Shown: positions 18,678 to 28,421 of the stretch, piece after piece
How positions within the stretch are numbered: the first letter of the stretch is position 1
Layout: every line of letters starts with the position of its first letter
Source: Planctomycetota bacterium
Lineage (GTDB): Bacteria; Planctomycetota; Phycisphaerae; Phycisphaerales; UBA1924
Assembly (NCBI GenBank): GCA_024276195.1
Contig: JAJRXR010000031.1
Span: 4,473 to 68,472, forward strand
Reading direction: 5' to 3'
Length of the DNA: 64,000 nt
Notes under the pieces: model-generated
Seen by the model: only the letters and a program-made list of their open reading frames with translations
Told to the model about the DNA's origin: nothing
The model's database searches: none
Position numbers and translations under genes: made by a program

Positions 18678-19019
18678 ATGAGCGATACCGACACCTACGC
18701 CATCATCGAAGAGTCTGGCGGACAGCGCAAGGTCAACGAGGGCGACGAGATCCTCATCGACCTCTACCAGTCCGGCGAGGCCAAAGAAGGCGACTCGATC
18801 ACCTACAACAAGGTCCTCGTCGTCGGCCCCGAAGGCGGATCCGCAAAGATCGGCCAGCCCTACGTTGACGGCGCCGTCGTCACCGCCGAGGTCATCGACC
18901 CCGTCGTCAAGGGCGACAAAATCCACATCTACAAGTTCCGCCCCAAGAAGCACTACCGACGCAAGACCGGCCACCGCCAGCGCTACACCTCCGTCCGCGT
19001 CACCAGCATCAAGGGCTGA
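18678..19019 (+). CDS. rplU: 50S ribosomal protein L21
   Basis: Internal ATG at 18678. YAIIEESGGQRKV...KFRPKKHYRRKTGHRQ.YT matches the L21 signature. Confidence 0.95.
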   Translation: MSDTDTYAIIEESGGQRKVNEGDEILIDLYQSGEAKEGDSITYNKVLVVGPEGGSAKIGQPYVDGAVVTAEVIDPVVKGDKIHIYKFRPKKHYRRKTGHRQRYTSVRVTSIKG

Positions 19020-19155
19020 CCCGAGTTCGTCCGTATCGAAACCGAGCCGCGAGCGTAAGCTCGCGCCCCTTGCGGCCTGCTCGCGCACGCTCACGCGAGC
19101 GGCTGGGATTCGTTCTGCGGCAACGCCGCCCCGTGTGATCTAGCATCCACCAGCC

Positions 19156-20658
19156 GTGCCCCCGACCCCCATCAACCCAACTGCCGCCTTGCGCCAGATC
19201 GACCGCCTCACCCGGGCCGCGGATTTCGCCGCCGCGATCGCTCAGGCCCAGCGCCTGCTCAAGGCCAAGCCTGCGCTCGCCCAGGCGCGCATGGCCCTCG
19301 CCCGCGCCTTCGAGGGCGCCGGGCGGTTTGACGACGCGATCGCAGAGCTTGAGCAGCTCGCCGCGGGCATCGCCGATCCGAAGCAGGCCCAGCTCCCGCG
19401 CCGGGCGCTGGGCGACCTGCTCGTGCGCACGGGGCGGGGCGATCGCGCGATCGAGGTGTTCGACGCGGGCCTGAGGGCGCTCCCGGACGCCGAGCCGCTC
19501 ATCGCCGGCAAGGTCAGCGCCCTGATCGAGCTCGGGCGCCTCGACGACGCCTGGGCGCTGCTCGCCCCGAGGTTCGAGTCGGGCCGCCCGGCCCCCGAGC
19601 TCGCCGCCCTGCGCGCCCGCCTGCGTCAGCGCCGGGGCGAGGCGGGCGACGGCGCCGACGAACTGCGTGAGTACATGCAGTCTGTGTCCGGGCTTCCCCC
19701 CATGATCCGGCGCATCCTTCTCGCCCGCCTGGGCGAACTGCTCGACCGCGCACAGGACTACGACGCTGCGTTCGCCGCCTTCACCGAGGCCGCCTCGCTC
19801 GCCCCTTCTGGCTTCAACCCCGACGCCCACGACGCCCAGACCGACGCCATGATCCGGGCGTGGTCGTCCGACGCGATGTCCAAAGCCGTGCGAGCGCCCG
19901 AGCGCGACACCCGCCCCGTCTTCATCGTCGGCATACCCCGCTCGGGCACCTCCCTCGTCGAGCGCATCATCGGTGCTCACCCCAAGGCCAGCGCCGGGGG
20001 TGAGACCAACATCCTCCCCGAGGCCTGGCGGTCCGTCGTCGCGCCCCTGCCCAAGGCCGGCGCCGCCCCGGACCCCGCGCGGATCACGCTCAAAGCGATC
20101 GCGTCCAGCGCGAGCACCGCCCGCGCCCGGTTTGACCGCATCGACGCCAGCGCCGAGCGCATCGTGGATAAAAACCAGCTCAACGCCCTGCGCCTCGGGC
20201 TCATCCCGCTGCTCCTGCCCGGCGCCCGCGTTGTCCACTGCCTTCGCGACCCGCGCGACACCTGCTTGTCGAACTACTTCCAGCAGTTCGAGTCAGGCCT
20301 CGCGTACGCCTCGGATCTGGCGCATGCCGGGCGGTTTTACGTCTCGTACCGACGCCTGATGGACCACTGGCAGCGCACGCTGGACCTGCCCATCCACGAG
20401 ATCCGACTCGACAAGCTCGTAAGCGACCCGGAAACGCAGGTCCGATCGCTGCTCAAGTTTCTCGATCTGGACTGGGACGAGCGCTGCCTGCGCCCGCAGG
20501 ATTCGGGCGTGACAACCTGGACCGCCAGCCGCGACCAGACCTCGTCGCCCATCAACGCCTCCGGCATCGACCGCTGGAAAAACTACCAGAGCCACCTCGG
20601 GCCTCTGCTCGAAGCGCTCGGTCCCTACGCCCAGGGCGTCGATCCGATCTCAGCCTGA
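19156..20658 (+). CDS. TPR-repeat sulfotransferase-family protein (paralogue 1)
   Basis: N-terminal TPR-like helices. PAPS 5'-PSB loop (FIVGIPRSGTSLVE) and 3'-PB region (VHCLRDPRDTCLSNY). Confidence 0.85.
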   Translation: MPPTPINPTAALRQIDRLTRAADFAAAIAQAQRLLKAKPALAQARMALARAFEGAGRFDDAIAELEQLAAGIADPKQAQLPRRALGDLLVRTGRGDRAIEVFDAGLRALPDAEPLIAGKVSALIELGRLDDAWALLAPRFESGRPAPELAALRARLRQRRGEAGDGADELREYMQSVSGLPPMIRRILLARLGELLDRAQDYDAAFAAFTEAASLAPSGFNPDAHDAQTDAMIRAWSSDAMSKAVRAPERDTRPVFIVGIPRSGTSLVERIIGAHPKASAGGETNILPEAWRSVVAPLPKAGAAPDPARITLKAIASSASTARARFDRIDASAERIVDKNQLNALRLGLIPLLLPGARVVHCLRDPRDTCLSNYFQQFESGLAYASDLAHAGRFYVSYRRLMDHWQRTLDLPIHEIRLDKLVSDPETQVRSLLKFLDLDWDERCLRPQDSGVTTWTASRDQTSSPINASGIDRWKNYQSHLGPLLEALGPYAQGVDPISA

Positions 20659-21177
20659 AACCTCACCCGTGCGCACAAACGTGCCCCGCGCCTTGTCCTT
20701 GACCACGCCCGGGAACGCGAGCACACGCCCGTGGACCACCACATACACCCCCGGCGCCAGCACGCCCGCCGCCAGAAACGACTCGGTCAGGTTCTGGAGC
20801 GCATCGGACCGCTTCATCTCGTACGGACGCATCGCGCCGGTCAGAATCACCGGGATGTCGAGCTGCCCCAGCTCCCGCAGCAGGTGCTCGCCCGTCCGGC
20901 TGAGCGTGTCGGTCCCGTGGAGGATGATGATGGCGTCGCCGGTCCGCATCTCGCCCGCGTGCTGGCGCACGCAGTCCGTGATCTTGGCCCGGTCCTCGTC
21001 GGTGAGATCCAGGCTGTCCTTGTTCATCAGCGAGACGCTCTGGATCTCGGTCTGCTCCATGCGGAGCTGCCCGAGCATCTTCGGCGCCACGCTGACCCGG
21101 TTCGACAGCTCGCCCGACCCCTCGTCGTAGGTCTTCGCGATCGTTCCACCCGTCGAGATCAGTGTGACACGGCGCAT
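20650..21177 (-). CDS. short asparaginase-domain protein (type I N-terminal domain only)
   Basis: TGGTIA catalytic-Thr motif and HGTDTL motif. Only 175 aa, with no C-terminal domain. Confidence 0.65.
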   Translation of the reverse strand: MRRVTLISTGGTIAKTYDEGSGELSNRVSVAPKMLGQLRMEQTEIQSVSLMNKDSLDLTDEDRAKITDCVRQHAGEMRTGDAIIILHGTDTLSRTGEHLLRELGQLDIPVILTGAMRPYEMKRSDALQNLTESFLAAGVLAPGVYVVVHGRVLAFPGVVKDKARGTFVRTGEVSG

Positions 21178-21309
21178 AGGGGCGACTGTAGACCATCGCC
21201 CGCCCCTGCCCGGGGAGCGGGGGCAGGTGGGGCGGCGGTGGGGGCGACGCTTGCCCGGGGGCTCGGAGCTACACTCGACTCCTCGCCCGAGAGACCCCGG
21301 AGATCACGC

Positions 21310-22851
21310 GTGGAAGGCCAGCAGACGACCCTTATCGAAGCGCTCAACGAGGCCCAACGCCTCATCCGCATGGGTGATATCCGCGCCGCCGGCGGCATCA
21401 CGAGCCAGCTCTACCAGCAGGCGCCGGATCACCCACCCGTCCAGGCGATGCACGGCATCGTGCTGTCGCGCCTGGGCAACTACAAGAAGGCGGCCCCGCT
21501 GCTCGAGCAGGCCATCGAGGCCGGGCCGGAGGGCGCCATGCTCGTCCGCCTGACCAACGAGCTGGCCCAGGTGCAGATCAACGAGGGGCGCATTGCCGAG
21601 GCGCTCGAGACGCTCGACCGAGGCCTGGAGACCGAGCCCGACGCCGGGTTCCTGCTGGGCACCAAGACCGAGGCGCTCCTGTACGCCGGGCGGCGCGACG
21701 AGGCCGAGGCGCTCCTGGCGGACGCAAAAGCCCGCAGCATCGAGCACATCTCCCTCGCCATGGCCCACGGGCGCCTGCGCCGTCATCAGGGCGACCCGTC
21801 CGACGCCATCGAGGCCCTCCGCCCCTACATCGACATGCAGGGCATGACCGGCGCGCAGCGCGCCCAGGCCCTCGGGCGCCTCGGCGACCTGCTCGACCGC
21901 GCCGGAAACTACGACGAGGCCTGGGACTGCTACCGCAGGGCCGCCAACTTTGCCTGGGGCGAGTTCGACCCCGCCGTCCACGCCCGCGTGACCGACGCCA
22001 TCATCAAAAACTGGTCCGCCCAGGCCATGAGCAAGATCAAACGCCCGACCGATTCGTCCAGCGCCCCCGTCTTCATCGTCGGCATGCCCCGCTCGGGCAC
22101 CTCCCTCGTCGAGCAGATCCTCGCCTGCCACCCCGACGTCTTCGCCTGCGGCGAGCTCGACACCATGGGCTACATCGCCCGCAAAGCCCTCGCCGCCGAC
22201 TCGGTCATCTTCCGCCCGACCATCGACAGGCCCAACGCCCTCAAGGGCAAGCAGCTCGAGCTCGCAGCGAAGATGTACGAGAACAAGCTCCGCCTCGAGC
22301 TCGACCGCGACGCCGAGGCCCGGGGCACAGACGCCCCGCCCTCGCTGCCCTTGCGCATGACCGACAAGCAGCCGCTGAACTTTTACTATGTCGGCGTGAT
22401 CGCCCTGATGTTCCCGGGCGCCCACATCATCCACTGCGTCCGCGACCCGCGCGACACCTGCCTGTCGTGCTACTTCTCGCAGTTCGTCGCCAACCACCCG
22501 TACTCGTACGACCTCGAAAACCTCGCCTCGGTCTGCCGCGACGAGCGCCGCATGATGGACCACTGGAAGCGGACGCTGCCCGAGCTGGGTGTCAAGATCA
22601 CCGAGGTCCACTACGAGAGCCTCGTCTCCGACCAGGAGGCCCAGACCCGCGAGCTGCTCGGGTTCCTCGGTCTGGACTGGGACGACGCCTGCCTGCGCTA
22701 CCACGAGTCGGGGCGTGTGACGCGCACCCTCTCGAACGACCAGGTCCGCCAGCCCATCTACACCTCGAGCGTCGCGCGCCACAAGAACTACAGCGCCCAC
22801 ACCCGTATGCTGATCGAGGCGCTGGGCGAGCTCGTCCCGGGCGAGGGCTGA
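21310..22851 (+). CDS. TPR-repeat sulfotransferase-family protein (paralogue 2)
   Basis: GTG at 21310 is the first start clear of the antisense asparaginase gene, so the start is uncertain. FIVGMPRSGTSLVE and IHCVRDPRDTCLSCY motifs. Confidence 0.75.
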   Translation: MEGQQTTLIEALNEAQRLIRMGDIRAAGGITSQLYQQAPDHPPVQAMHGIVLSRLGNYKKAAPLLEQAIEAGPEGAMLVRLTNELAQVQINEGRIAEALETLDRGLETEPDAGFLLGTKTEALLYAGRRDEAEALLADAKARSIEHISLAMAHGRLRRHQGDPSDAIEALRPYIDMQGMTGAQRAQALGRLGDLLDRAGNYDEAWDCYRRAANFAWGEFDPAVHARVTDAIIKNWSAQAMSKIKRPTDSSSAPVFIVGMPRSGTSLVEQILACHPDVFACGELDTMGYIARKALAADSVIFRPTIDRPNALKGKQLELAAKMYENKLRLELDRDAEARGTDAPPSLPLRMTDKQPLNFYYVGVIALMFPGAHIIHCVRDPRDTCLSCYFSQFVANHPYSYDLENLASVCRDERRMMDHWKRTLPELGVKITEVHYESLVSDQEAQTRELLGFLGLDWDDACLRYHESGRVTRTLSNDQVRQPIYTSSVARHKNYSAHTRMLIEALGELVPGEG

Positions 22852-22852
22852 C

Positions 22853-24391
22853 GTGTCGCTGGGGGCGCCGCCGACGGGCTACGCCGAGGCGCTCGGCGCG
22901 TACAAGGTCGGGGATCTCCGGCGCGCCGCCCTCGCCATCGAACGCCTCCTCCGCGCAAGCCCCGACGACCTCCGTGTGCGCTCGCTCAGCGCGATGGTCG
23001 GCGCCCGCTCGGGCCAGCTCGACCAGAGCGAGCAGACCCTCCTGGGCGTCATCGCCGACTGTCCCGACGAACACACCGCCTTCGGCGTCCGCCACCAGCT
23101 CGCCCTCGTCCACCTCCAGCAGCGACGCCTGGGCGACGCCCTTACCCAGATCGACCTCGCCCTGGCCGCCTCGCCCGATTCTCCCGTCCTGCTCAGCGCC
23201 AAGGCGGACATGCTCCTGACCGCCAACCGGCGCGACGAGGCCGACGCCCTGCTCACGGGCGAGCTCGACCAGTTCCCGGACGACTCGCCGCCCAACCTCG
23301 CGCTCGCCACCGCCTTCGCCCGTCTGCGCGCCCGCGCCGCGGCGCCCGAGCGCGATCGGGCCATCGCCCTGCTCGAGCGGGCCATCCCCGCCAAGGCGCT
23401 ACCCACGATGGAGGTGCGCCGCGCGATCCACCAGCTCGGCGCATTGTACGAGGACGCCGAACGCTTCGACGAGGCCTTCGCCTGCTTCGCCCGCGCCGGG
23501 AACATGGCGCCCACGCGCTACGACCGGGCGCCGATCGAATCGCTCGTCGCCCATCTTGTGCGCGAGTGGACACCCGGCGCGGTCAAGCGGGCTGTGGGCG
23601 AGGGCGCCAGCGCGTCCGAGGCCCCGGTCTTTATCGTTGGCATGCCCCGCTCGGGCACCAGCCTCGCCGAGCAGATCCTCGCGTCGCACCCGAGCGTCGA
23701 GGCGGTGGGGGAGTCGGACGCGCTCAGCGAAGCCGCGTGCCTCCTCGGCGCCGACAACACCCTCATGCGCGCGCGCCTCTCGCCCCCGGCGGCGCTGACG
23801 CCCGAGTCGATCGCGCAAGCCGCAGCCAGCTACACCAACGCCGTCCTCACCCCCAACGCGCCGGCGCTGCGCGTCACCGACAAGCACCCGATGAACTTCC
23901 TCCGCCTCGGGCTTCTCCCGCTGCTGTTCCCGGGCGCCCGCGTCGTCCACTGCGTCCGCGACCCGCGCGATACATGCCTGTCCTGCTTCGCCCAGCACTT
24001 CGTGGGCGACCACCCCTACGCCAACCAGCTCGCCGACCTCGGGCACTTTTACCGCCAGTACCTGCGTCTGATGGCGCACTGGCGATCCGTGCTCGAAGAG
24101 GCGGGCGTCCCGATGCTCGACCTCGTGTACGAGCGCGTCGTCGCCGATCCTGAAGCCGAATCCCGCGCCCTGATCGGGTTCGCAGGCCTCGACTGGCACG
24201 ACGCCTGCCTCCGCCCGCACGAGTCCGAGCGCATCACCTGGACCCACTCCAACGAGCAGGTCCGCCGCCCGGTGTACGCAACGAGCGCGGGGCGATGGCG
24301 GCGCTTCGAGCGCCACCTGACCCCGCTCATTAGCGCCCTGGGCGATGCGCCGCCTGATGAAAGCCAGGCAGAGCAGCGCCCGCCCCGGTGA
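22853..24391 (+). CDS. TPR-repeat sulfotransferase-family protein (paralogue 3)
   Basis: GTG start 2 nt after the upstream stop. FIVGMPRSGTSLAE and VHCVRDPRDTCLSCF motifs. Confidence 0.85.
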   Translation: MSLGAPPTGYAEALGAYKVGDLRRAALAIERLLRASPDDLRVRSLSAMVGARSGQLDQSEQTLLGVIADCPDEHTAFGVRHQLALVHLQQRRLGDALTQIDLALAASPDSPVLLSAKADMLLTANRRDEADALLTGELDQFPDDSPPNLALATAFARLRARAAAPERDRAIALLERAIPAKALPTMEVRRAIHQLGALYEDAERFDEAFACFARAGNMAPTRYDRAPIESLVAHLVREWTPGAVKRAVGEGASASEAPVFIVGMPRSGTSLAEQILASHPSVEAVGESDALSEAACLLGADNTLMRARLSPPAALTPESIAQAAASYTNAVLTPNAPALRVTDKHPMNFLRLGLLPLLFPGARVVHCVRDPRDTCLSCFAQHFVGDHPYANQLADLGHFYRQYLRLMAHWRSVLEEAGVPMLDLVYERVVADPEAESRALIGFAGLDWHDACLRPHESERITWTHSNEQVRRPVYATSAGRWRRFERHLTPLISALGDAPPDESQAEQRPPR

Positions 24392-24595
24392 CGATTCCTA
24401 CCCGCCCGGCGCCGAGACTCCGCATCCCCATCATGCCTCTGCGCGCGGCGCCAGAGTCTCTCACCGCCACCTCAAAAGATTGTGCAAGCTTTCGGTTTAT
24501 GTCCGCAGCCCGTGTCTATCTCGGACGCACTGCTCAGAGCTACGATCCTCCACGACGGCCGCGCCCTGTTTTGCACATGCAGAAAGCGATCACCC

Positions 24596-25702
24596 ATGCC
24601 CCCAAACATGCCCCCAAACCGCCGCCTCGACATCGACCCGGACATCACCTTCGCCCAGACCCCCCCCGGCTGGCTCTACACCGATCCGTCCGTCTACGCC
24701 GAGCTGACCGAGCGCGTCCTGGCCCGCACCTGGCGCCCGATCGCCCACGACACCGAGATCCGCACCCCCGGCTCGACGCTTCCCGTGACCTTCCTCGAGG
24801 GCTGCGTCAACGAGCCCATCGTCCTGACGCGCGACGCCGACGACCGGATCCACTGCCTCTCCAATGTCTGCACCCACCGCGGCATGACCCTCGTCGAGCA
24901 CGCCGGGTGTGAGAAGAAGCTCACCTGCCGCTACCACGGGCGCCAGTTCGAGATGAACGGCGCCTTCCGATCCATGCCCGAGTTCAAGGCCTGCCAGAAC
25001 TTCCCCCGCCCCGACGACGACCTCCGCCAGATCCCGCACGCCTCTTGGCGCGGCATCCGCTTCGCCAGCCTCGACCCGGCCCACACCCTCGAAAGCCTCA
25101 CCCGCGAGATGGACGCCCGCGTCGCCTTCCTCCCGTTCGACCAGGCCCGCTTCGACCCCACACGCGCGCGCGACTACCTCGTGCGCGCCAACTGGGCGCT
25201 CTATGTCGAGAACTACCTCGAAGGCTTCCACATCCCCTTCGTCCACGCCTCGCTCGCCCAGCTCCTCGACTACGGCGCCTACGAGCACGAGCTCTACCCC
25301 CTGTCCAACCTCCAGCTCGGCGTCGCTTCAGGCGCCTCCGACACCTTCGACATCCCCGCGGGCCATCCCGACCACGGGCGCGACATCGCCGCGTACTACT
25401 ACTGGCTCTTCCCGACCACGATGATCAACGTCTACCCCTGGGGCGTGTCCGTCAACGACGTCCAGCCCCTGGGCGCCGATCGGTGCAAGGTCCGGTTCCT
25501 GCCGTATGTGTGGGACGAGACGCGCCTGGACCAGGGCGCCGGCGCCGATCTGGACCGCGTCGAACGCGAGGACGAATCCGTCGTCGAGCAGATCCAGCGC
25601 TCGATCGGCTCACGCAACTACTCCACCGGGCGGTACTCACCCGCGCGTGAGCAGTGCGTACACCACTTCCACCGATTGCTGGCCGAGCATCTGAGCGACT
25701 GA
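24596..25702 (+). CDS. Rieske [2Fe-2S] non-haem-iron oxygenase, alpha-subunit type
   Basis: Internal ATG at 24596. Rieske motif CTHRG..(17)..CRYHG and mononuclear-iron region (EGFHIPFVH). Confidence 0.85.
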   Translation: MPPNMPPNRRLDIDPDITFAQTPPGWLYTDPSVYAELTERVLARTWRPIAHDTEIRTPGSTLPVTFLEGCVNEPIVLTRDADDRIHCLSNVCTHRGMTLVEHAGCEKKLTCRYHGRQFEMNGAFRSMPEFKACQNFPRPDDDLRQIPHASWRGIRFASLDPAHTLESLTREMDARVAFLPFDQARFDPTRARDYLVRANWALYVENYLEGFHIPFVHASLAQLLDYGAYEHELYPLSNLQLGVASGASDTFDIPAGHPDHGRDIAAYYYWLFPTTMINVYPWGVSVNDVQPLGADRCKVRFLPYVWDETRLDQGAGADLDRVEREDESVVEQIQRSIGSRNYSTGRYSPAREQCVHHFHRLLAEHLSD

Positions 25703-25711
25703 CCCCCGGAG

Positions 25712-25732
25712 GGGAGGGCTTCCAGCCCTCCC
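25712..25732 (+). terminator. GC-rich hairpin with GGCTTCCAGCC core after the Rieske gene
   Basis: Perfect 8-bp stem gggagggc/gccctccc with loop ttcca, 10 nt after the stop. No T-tract, so terminator function is uncertain. Confidence 0.35.
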
Positions 25733-25853
25733 GCCCTGCACTTCAGTTTCAACTCACAGAAACAAGAACCACACCGTTCGCAACGCGTATCAGAGTCAGT
25801 AGAATCGGCGCGACGGACGAACAACCCGAACACCCCATCCAAGGAGGTTTCCG

Positions 25854-26465
25854 ATGCGTCTCTTCCAAGCCGCCCGTCTCTCCGCCGCGTTTCTGCTCGT
25901 TGCCTTCACCATCGCGATCACGTTCGCCGTTCTCACCGGCGGCGGGATCAGCAAGTCGTACCGAGGTGGGAACGCAGATCCGCGCACTGTTCTGGTCCAG
26001 CTCGCGCTCGTCAGCTCCGCGCCGTCTGGCACGGCGCCTTCCGCCGTGGACGTGCTCCGCGATGGTCTCAAGCTCGGCCCCGACGGCGCCCAGCCCATCG
26101 ACCACGCCGCGTTCGCCGCACTTCTGGACAAGGCAAGGCAAGCAATCGGACCGACTGCACTCTGGCTCACACCCGCCCTCGCCGCTCAACACAACGAGGA
26201 AGCCACCCTCTCCATGATCCTCCCTGCGGGCACGCTGGAACTCATTGTCAGCCCATCCGTGCTGGACAAGAACGTCATTCGGACGGGGCTCGCCCTGGGT
26301 CTGACCAGCGCCGACGAATCGTCGGCGCTCGAATGGTCCTCCGCGATCACGCTCAACAACGGCGCTGTTATCGCCGTCGATCTCTCATCAGTCGATCCTG
26401 AAACCGGTCAGCCTGTCTCAATGCTGCTCGTGATCCGTGCCACGATCGTGACGAAGAAGCCGTGA
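25854..26465 (+). CDS. secreted/membrane-anchored hypothetical protein
   Basis: aaggagg lies 7 nt upstream of the ATG. N-terminal hydrophobic segment. Confidence 0.55.
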   Translation: MRLFQAARLSAAFLLVAFTIAITFAVLTGGGISKSYRGGNADPRTVLVQLALVSSAPSGTAPSAVDVLRDGLKLGPDGAQPIDHAAFAALLDKARQAIGPTALWLTPALAAQHNEEATLSMILPAGTLELIVSPSVLDKNVIRTGLALGLTSADESSALEWSSAITLNNGAVIAVDLSSVDPETGQPVSMLLVIRATIVTKKP

Positions 26466-26482
26466 TGAGCGAACGCCCGCCC

Positions 26483-26902
26483 TCACACCCCCGCCGGCTC
26501 CATCTCTGACACCAGATAGAACCGCGCCACCGAGGCCTCGAAGTACGCCCCGTCGTCGCGCCGCATCGTGAACGACCCTTCCATCGTCCCCCAGGGTGTG
26601 TGGATCGGCGCCCAGCTCGTGTACTCAAACTCATCGCCCGGCTCAAGGTACGGCTGCTCACCGATCACGCCCTCGCCCTGGACGTCCTGACGCTCGCCGT
26701 TGGCATCGACGATGACCCAGTGCCGGCGCAGCAGGCGCGCCGCCTCCGACCCCTCGTTGTGGATGATGATCGTGTACCCGAAGGCGAACCGGCGCGAGCG
26801 CGGGTTCTCGTGGTCCGGGTCAGAATGCTCGGCGAGATACACCGGGCGCGCGATCACGCGCACCCCCTCGCTCACACACTCGGATTCCCGCCTGGCGTCC
26901 AT
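26483..26902 (-). CDS. apaG: ApaG (DUF525) protein
   Basis: Internal ATG at 26902. FAFGYTIIIHNEG, L..RHW.I.DANG and V.G.GV.G.QP.L.PG..F.Y.S match the ApaG pattern. Confidence 0.85.
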   Translation of the reverse strand: MDARRESECVSEGVRVIARPVYLAEHSDPDHENPRSRRFAFGYTIIIHNEGSEAARLLRRHWVIVDANGERQDVQGEGVIGEQPYLEPGDEFEYTSWAPIHTPWGTMEGSFTMRRDDGAYFEASVARFYLVSEMEPAGV

Positions 26903-26934
26903 CGGACCCTCCAAACTCCTCGGGCCAGCCAATG

Positions 26935-27531
26935 CTAGCGCCCCGGGGCGAGCTGGGCATAGCGGTAGCACCCCGTCACATGGTCGTTGACCATGCCCGC
27001 CGCCTGCATCAGCGCGTAGCAGGTGGTCGGGCCGACAAACCGAAAGCCGAGCTTCTTCAGATCCTTGCTCATCGCCAGCGAGGCCTCTGTCTGGGATGGG
27101 ATCTGCTTGAGCGTGCGGTAGGTGTTGGTGATCGGTTCGCCATCGACAAAGCTCCAGAGACGCTCGCTCAGATCCGACCCCGCCTCCCGCATGGTTAAAA
27201 TCACTTTCGCGTTGCTGATCGTGGACTCGATCTTCCCCCGGTGGCGCACCACCGCCATGGTCGTGTCCTGCTCTGCGAGCATCGCCAAGATCTCGCGCTC
27301 GCCCATCCGCGCCACCCGCGCCGCGTCAAACCCGCAGAACGCCCGACGGTAGTTCTCGCGCTTGCCCAGCACCGTCGCCCAGCTCAGCCCGCTCTGCGCC
27401 CCCTCGAGCGTGAGCATCTCAAACAGGCGCGTCCCGTCGCGCTGCACGACGCCCCACTCCGTGTCGTGGTAGTCCCGCTCGATCCCCTCTTTCGCCCACG
27501 AGCAGCGCACCGCCTCATCGTTCTTTGCCAT
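26935..27531 (-). CDS. tag: DNA-3-methyladenine glycosylase I
   Basis: Internal ATG at 27531. RCSWA...YHD.EWG, LEG.QSGLSW and the C-terminal HxxxC zinc-snap region. Confidence 0.9.
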   Translation of the reverse strand: MAKNDEAVRCSWAKEGIERDYHDTEWGVVQRDGTRLFEMLTLEGAQSGLSWATVLGKRENYRRAFCGFDAARVARMGEREILAMLAEQDTTMAVVRHRGKIESTISNAKVILTMREAGSDLSERLWSFVDGEPITNTYRTLKQIPSQTEASLAMSKDLKKLGFRFVGPTTCYALMQAAGMVNDHVTGCYRYAQLAPGR

Positions 27532-28282
27532 GCGGAATCGTTCGCCCCCTCGCCCGGCGGATCTACACTCCCGCGTGCCCCTGAACATCCTCCACGAGAC
27601 CGACGAGTTCATCGTCATCGACAAGCCCGCGGGCCTGCGTTCCATCCCGGCCAAGGGCTGGCAGGACGACCCATCGCGCCACGACTCCGTCGAGGTCCGC
27701 GTCCAGACCATGTTCAGCGTCTACGACTGCCCCATCATGGTCCACCGCCTCGACATGGACACCAGCGGCATCATGGTCGTCGCCCTGACCCGCAACGCCC
27801 ACCGCTCCCTCTCGCGCCAGTTCATGCTGCGCAAAACCGCCAAGACCTACACCGCCGAGTTGCTGGGTGAGCTCGAGTCTGACGAGGGCGCCGTCGATCT
27901 TCCGCTGATCGTGGACTGGCCCAACCGCCCGCGCCACCACGCCAACTTTCGCCTGGGCAAGCCCGCCCGCACGCTCTACCGCGTGCTCGAGCGGTCGCCC
28001 GGGCGAACCCGTGTGAGCTTCCGCCCGGTGACGGGGCGGACGCACCAGCTCCGGGTTCACGCCGCTACGCCCCGGTGCCTGGTCGAGTCGCCGCCGCCAG
28101 ACGAGCACACGCACCGGTGCGCCTGGCCCTGCCGGGGTGGCCTCGGCGCCCCCATCGCGGGCGATACGCTGTATGCCCAGGGCGTCGGCGCCGACCGCCT
28201 CCGCCTCCACGCCGACATGCTCGCCTTCTGGTCCCTCTCAGGCGGCGACTGGCTCAAGTTCACCAGCCCCGCCCCCTTCTGA
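27530..28282 (+). CDS. RluA-family pseudouridine synthase
   Basis: ILHETDEFIVIDKPAGL, catalytic HRLDMDTSG, GRTHQLRVH. The ATG at 27530 shares CATG with the divergent tag start, so GTG at 27575 is an alternative start. Confidence 0.85.
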   Translation: MRNRSPPRPADLHSRVPLNILHETDEFIVIDKPAGLRSIPAKGWQDDPSRHDSVEVRVQTMFSVYDCPIMVHRLDMDTSGIMVVALTRNAHRSLSRQFMLRKTAKTYTAELLGELESDEGAVDLPLIVDWPNRPRHHANFRLGKPARTLYRVLERSPGRTRVSFRPVTGRTHQLRVHAATPRCLVESPPPDEHTHRCAWPCRGGLGAPIAGDTLYAQGVGADRLRLHADMLAFWSLSGGDWLKFTSPAPF

Positions 28283-28421
28283 CTCCAGCGGTGGGGCAGG
28301 CTTCCAGCCTGTCTTCCCAGAGCCAACCCCCGGCCCAGGGCAGCCCGCTAGACTCCCGTATCGCGCTCTTCTGAATCGCCCGGGCTCTCCGGGCGGGCGC
28401 GCCGTGGGAAGGAGTTTCATC

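Noticed and set aside
20731-21309. 5' extension giving a 706-aa version of sulfotransferase paralogue 2
   Set aside because: The extension is antisense to the asparaginase-domain gene and is Arg/His/Pro-rich. The two paralogues are about 500 aa each.
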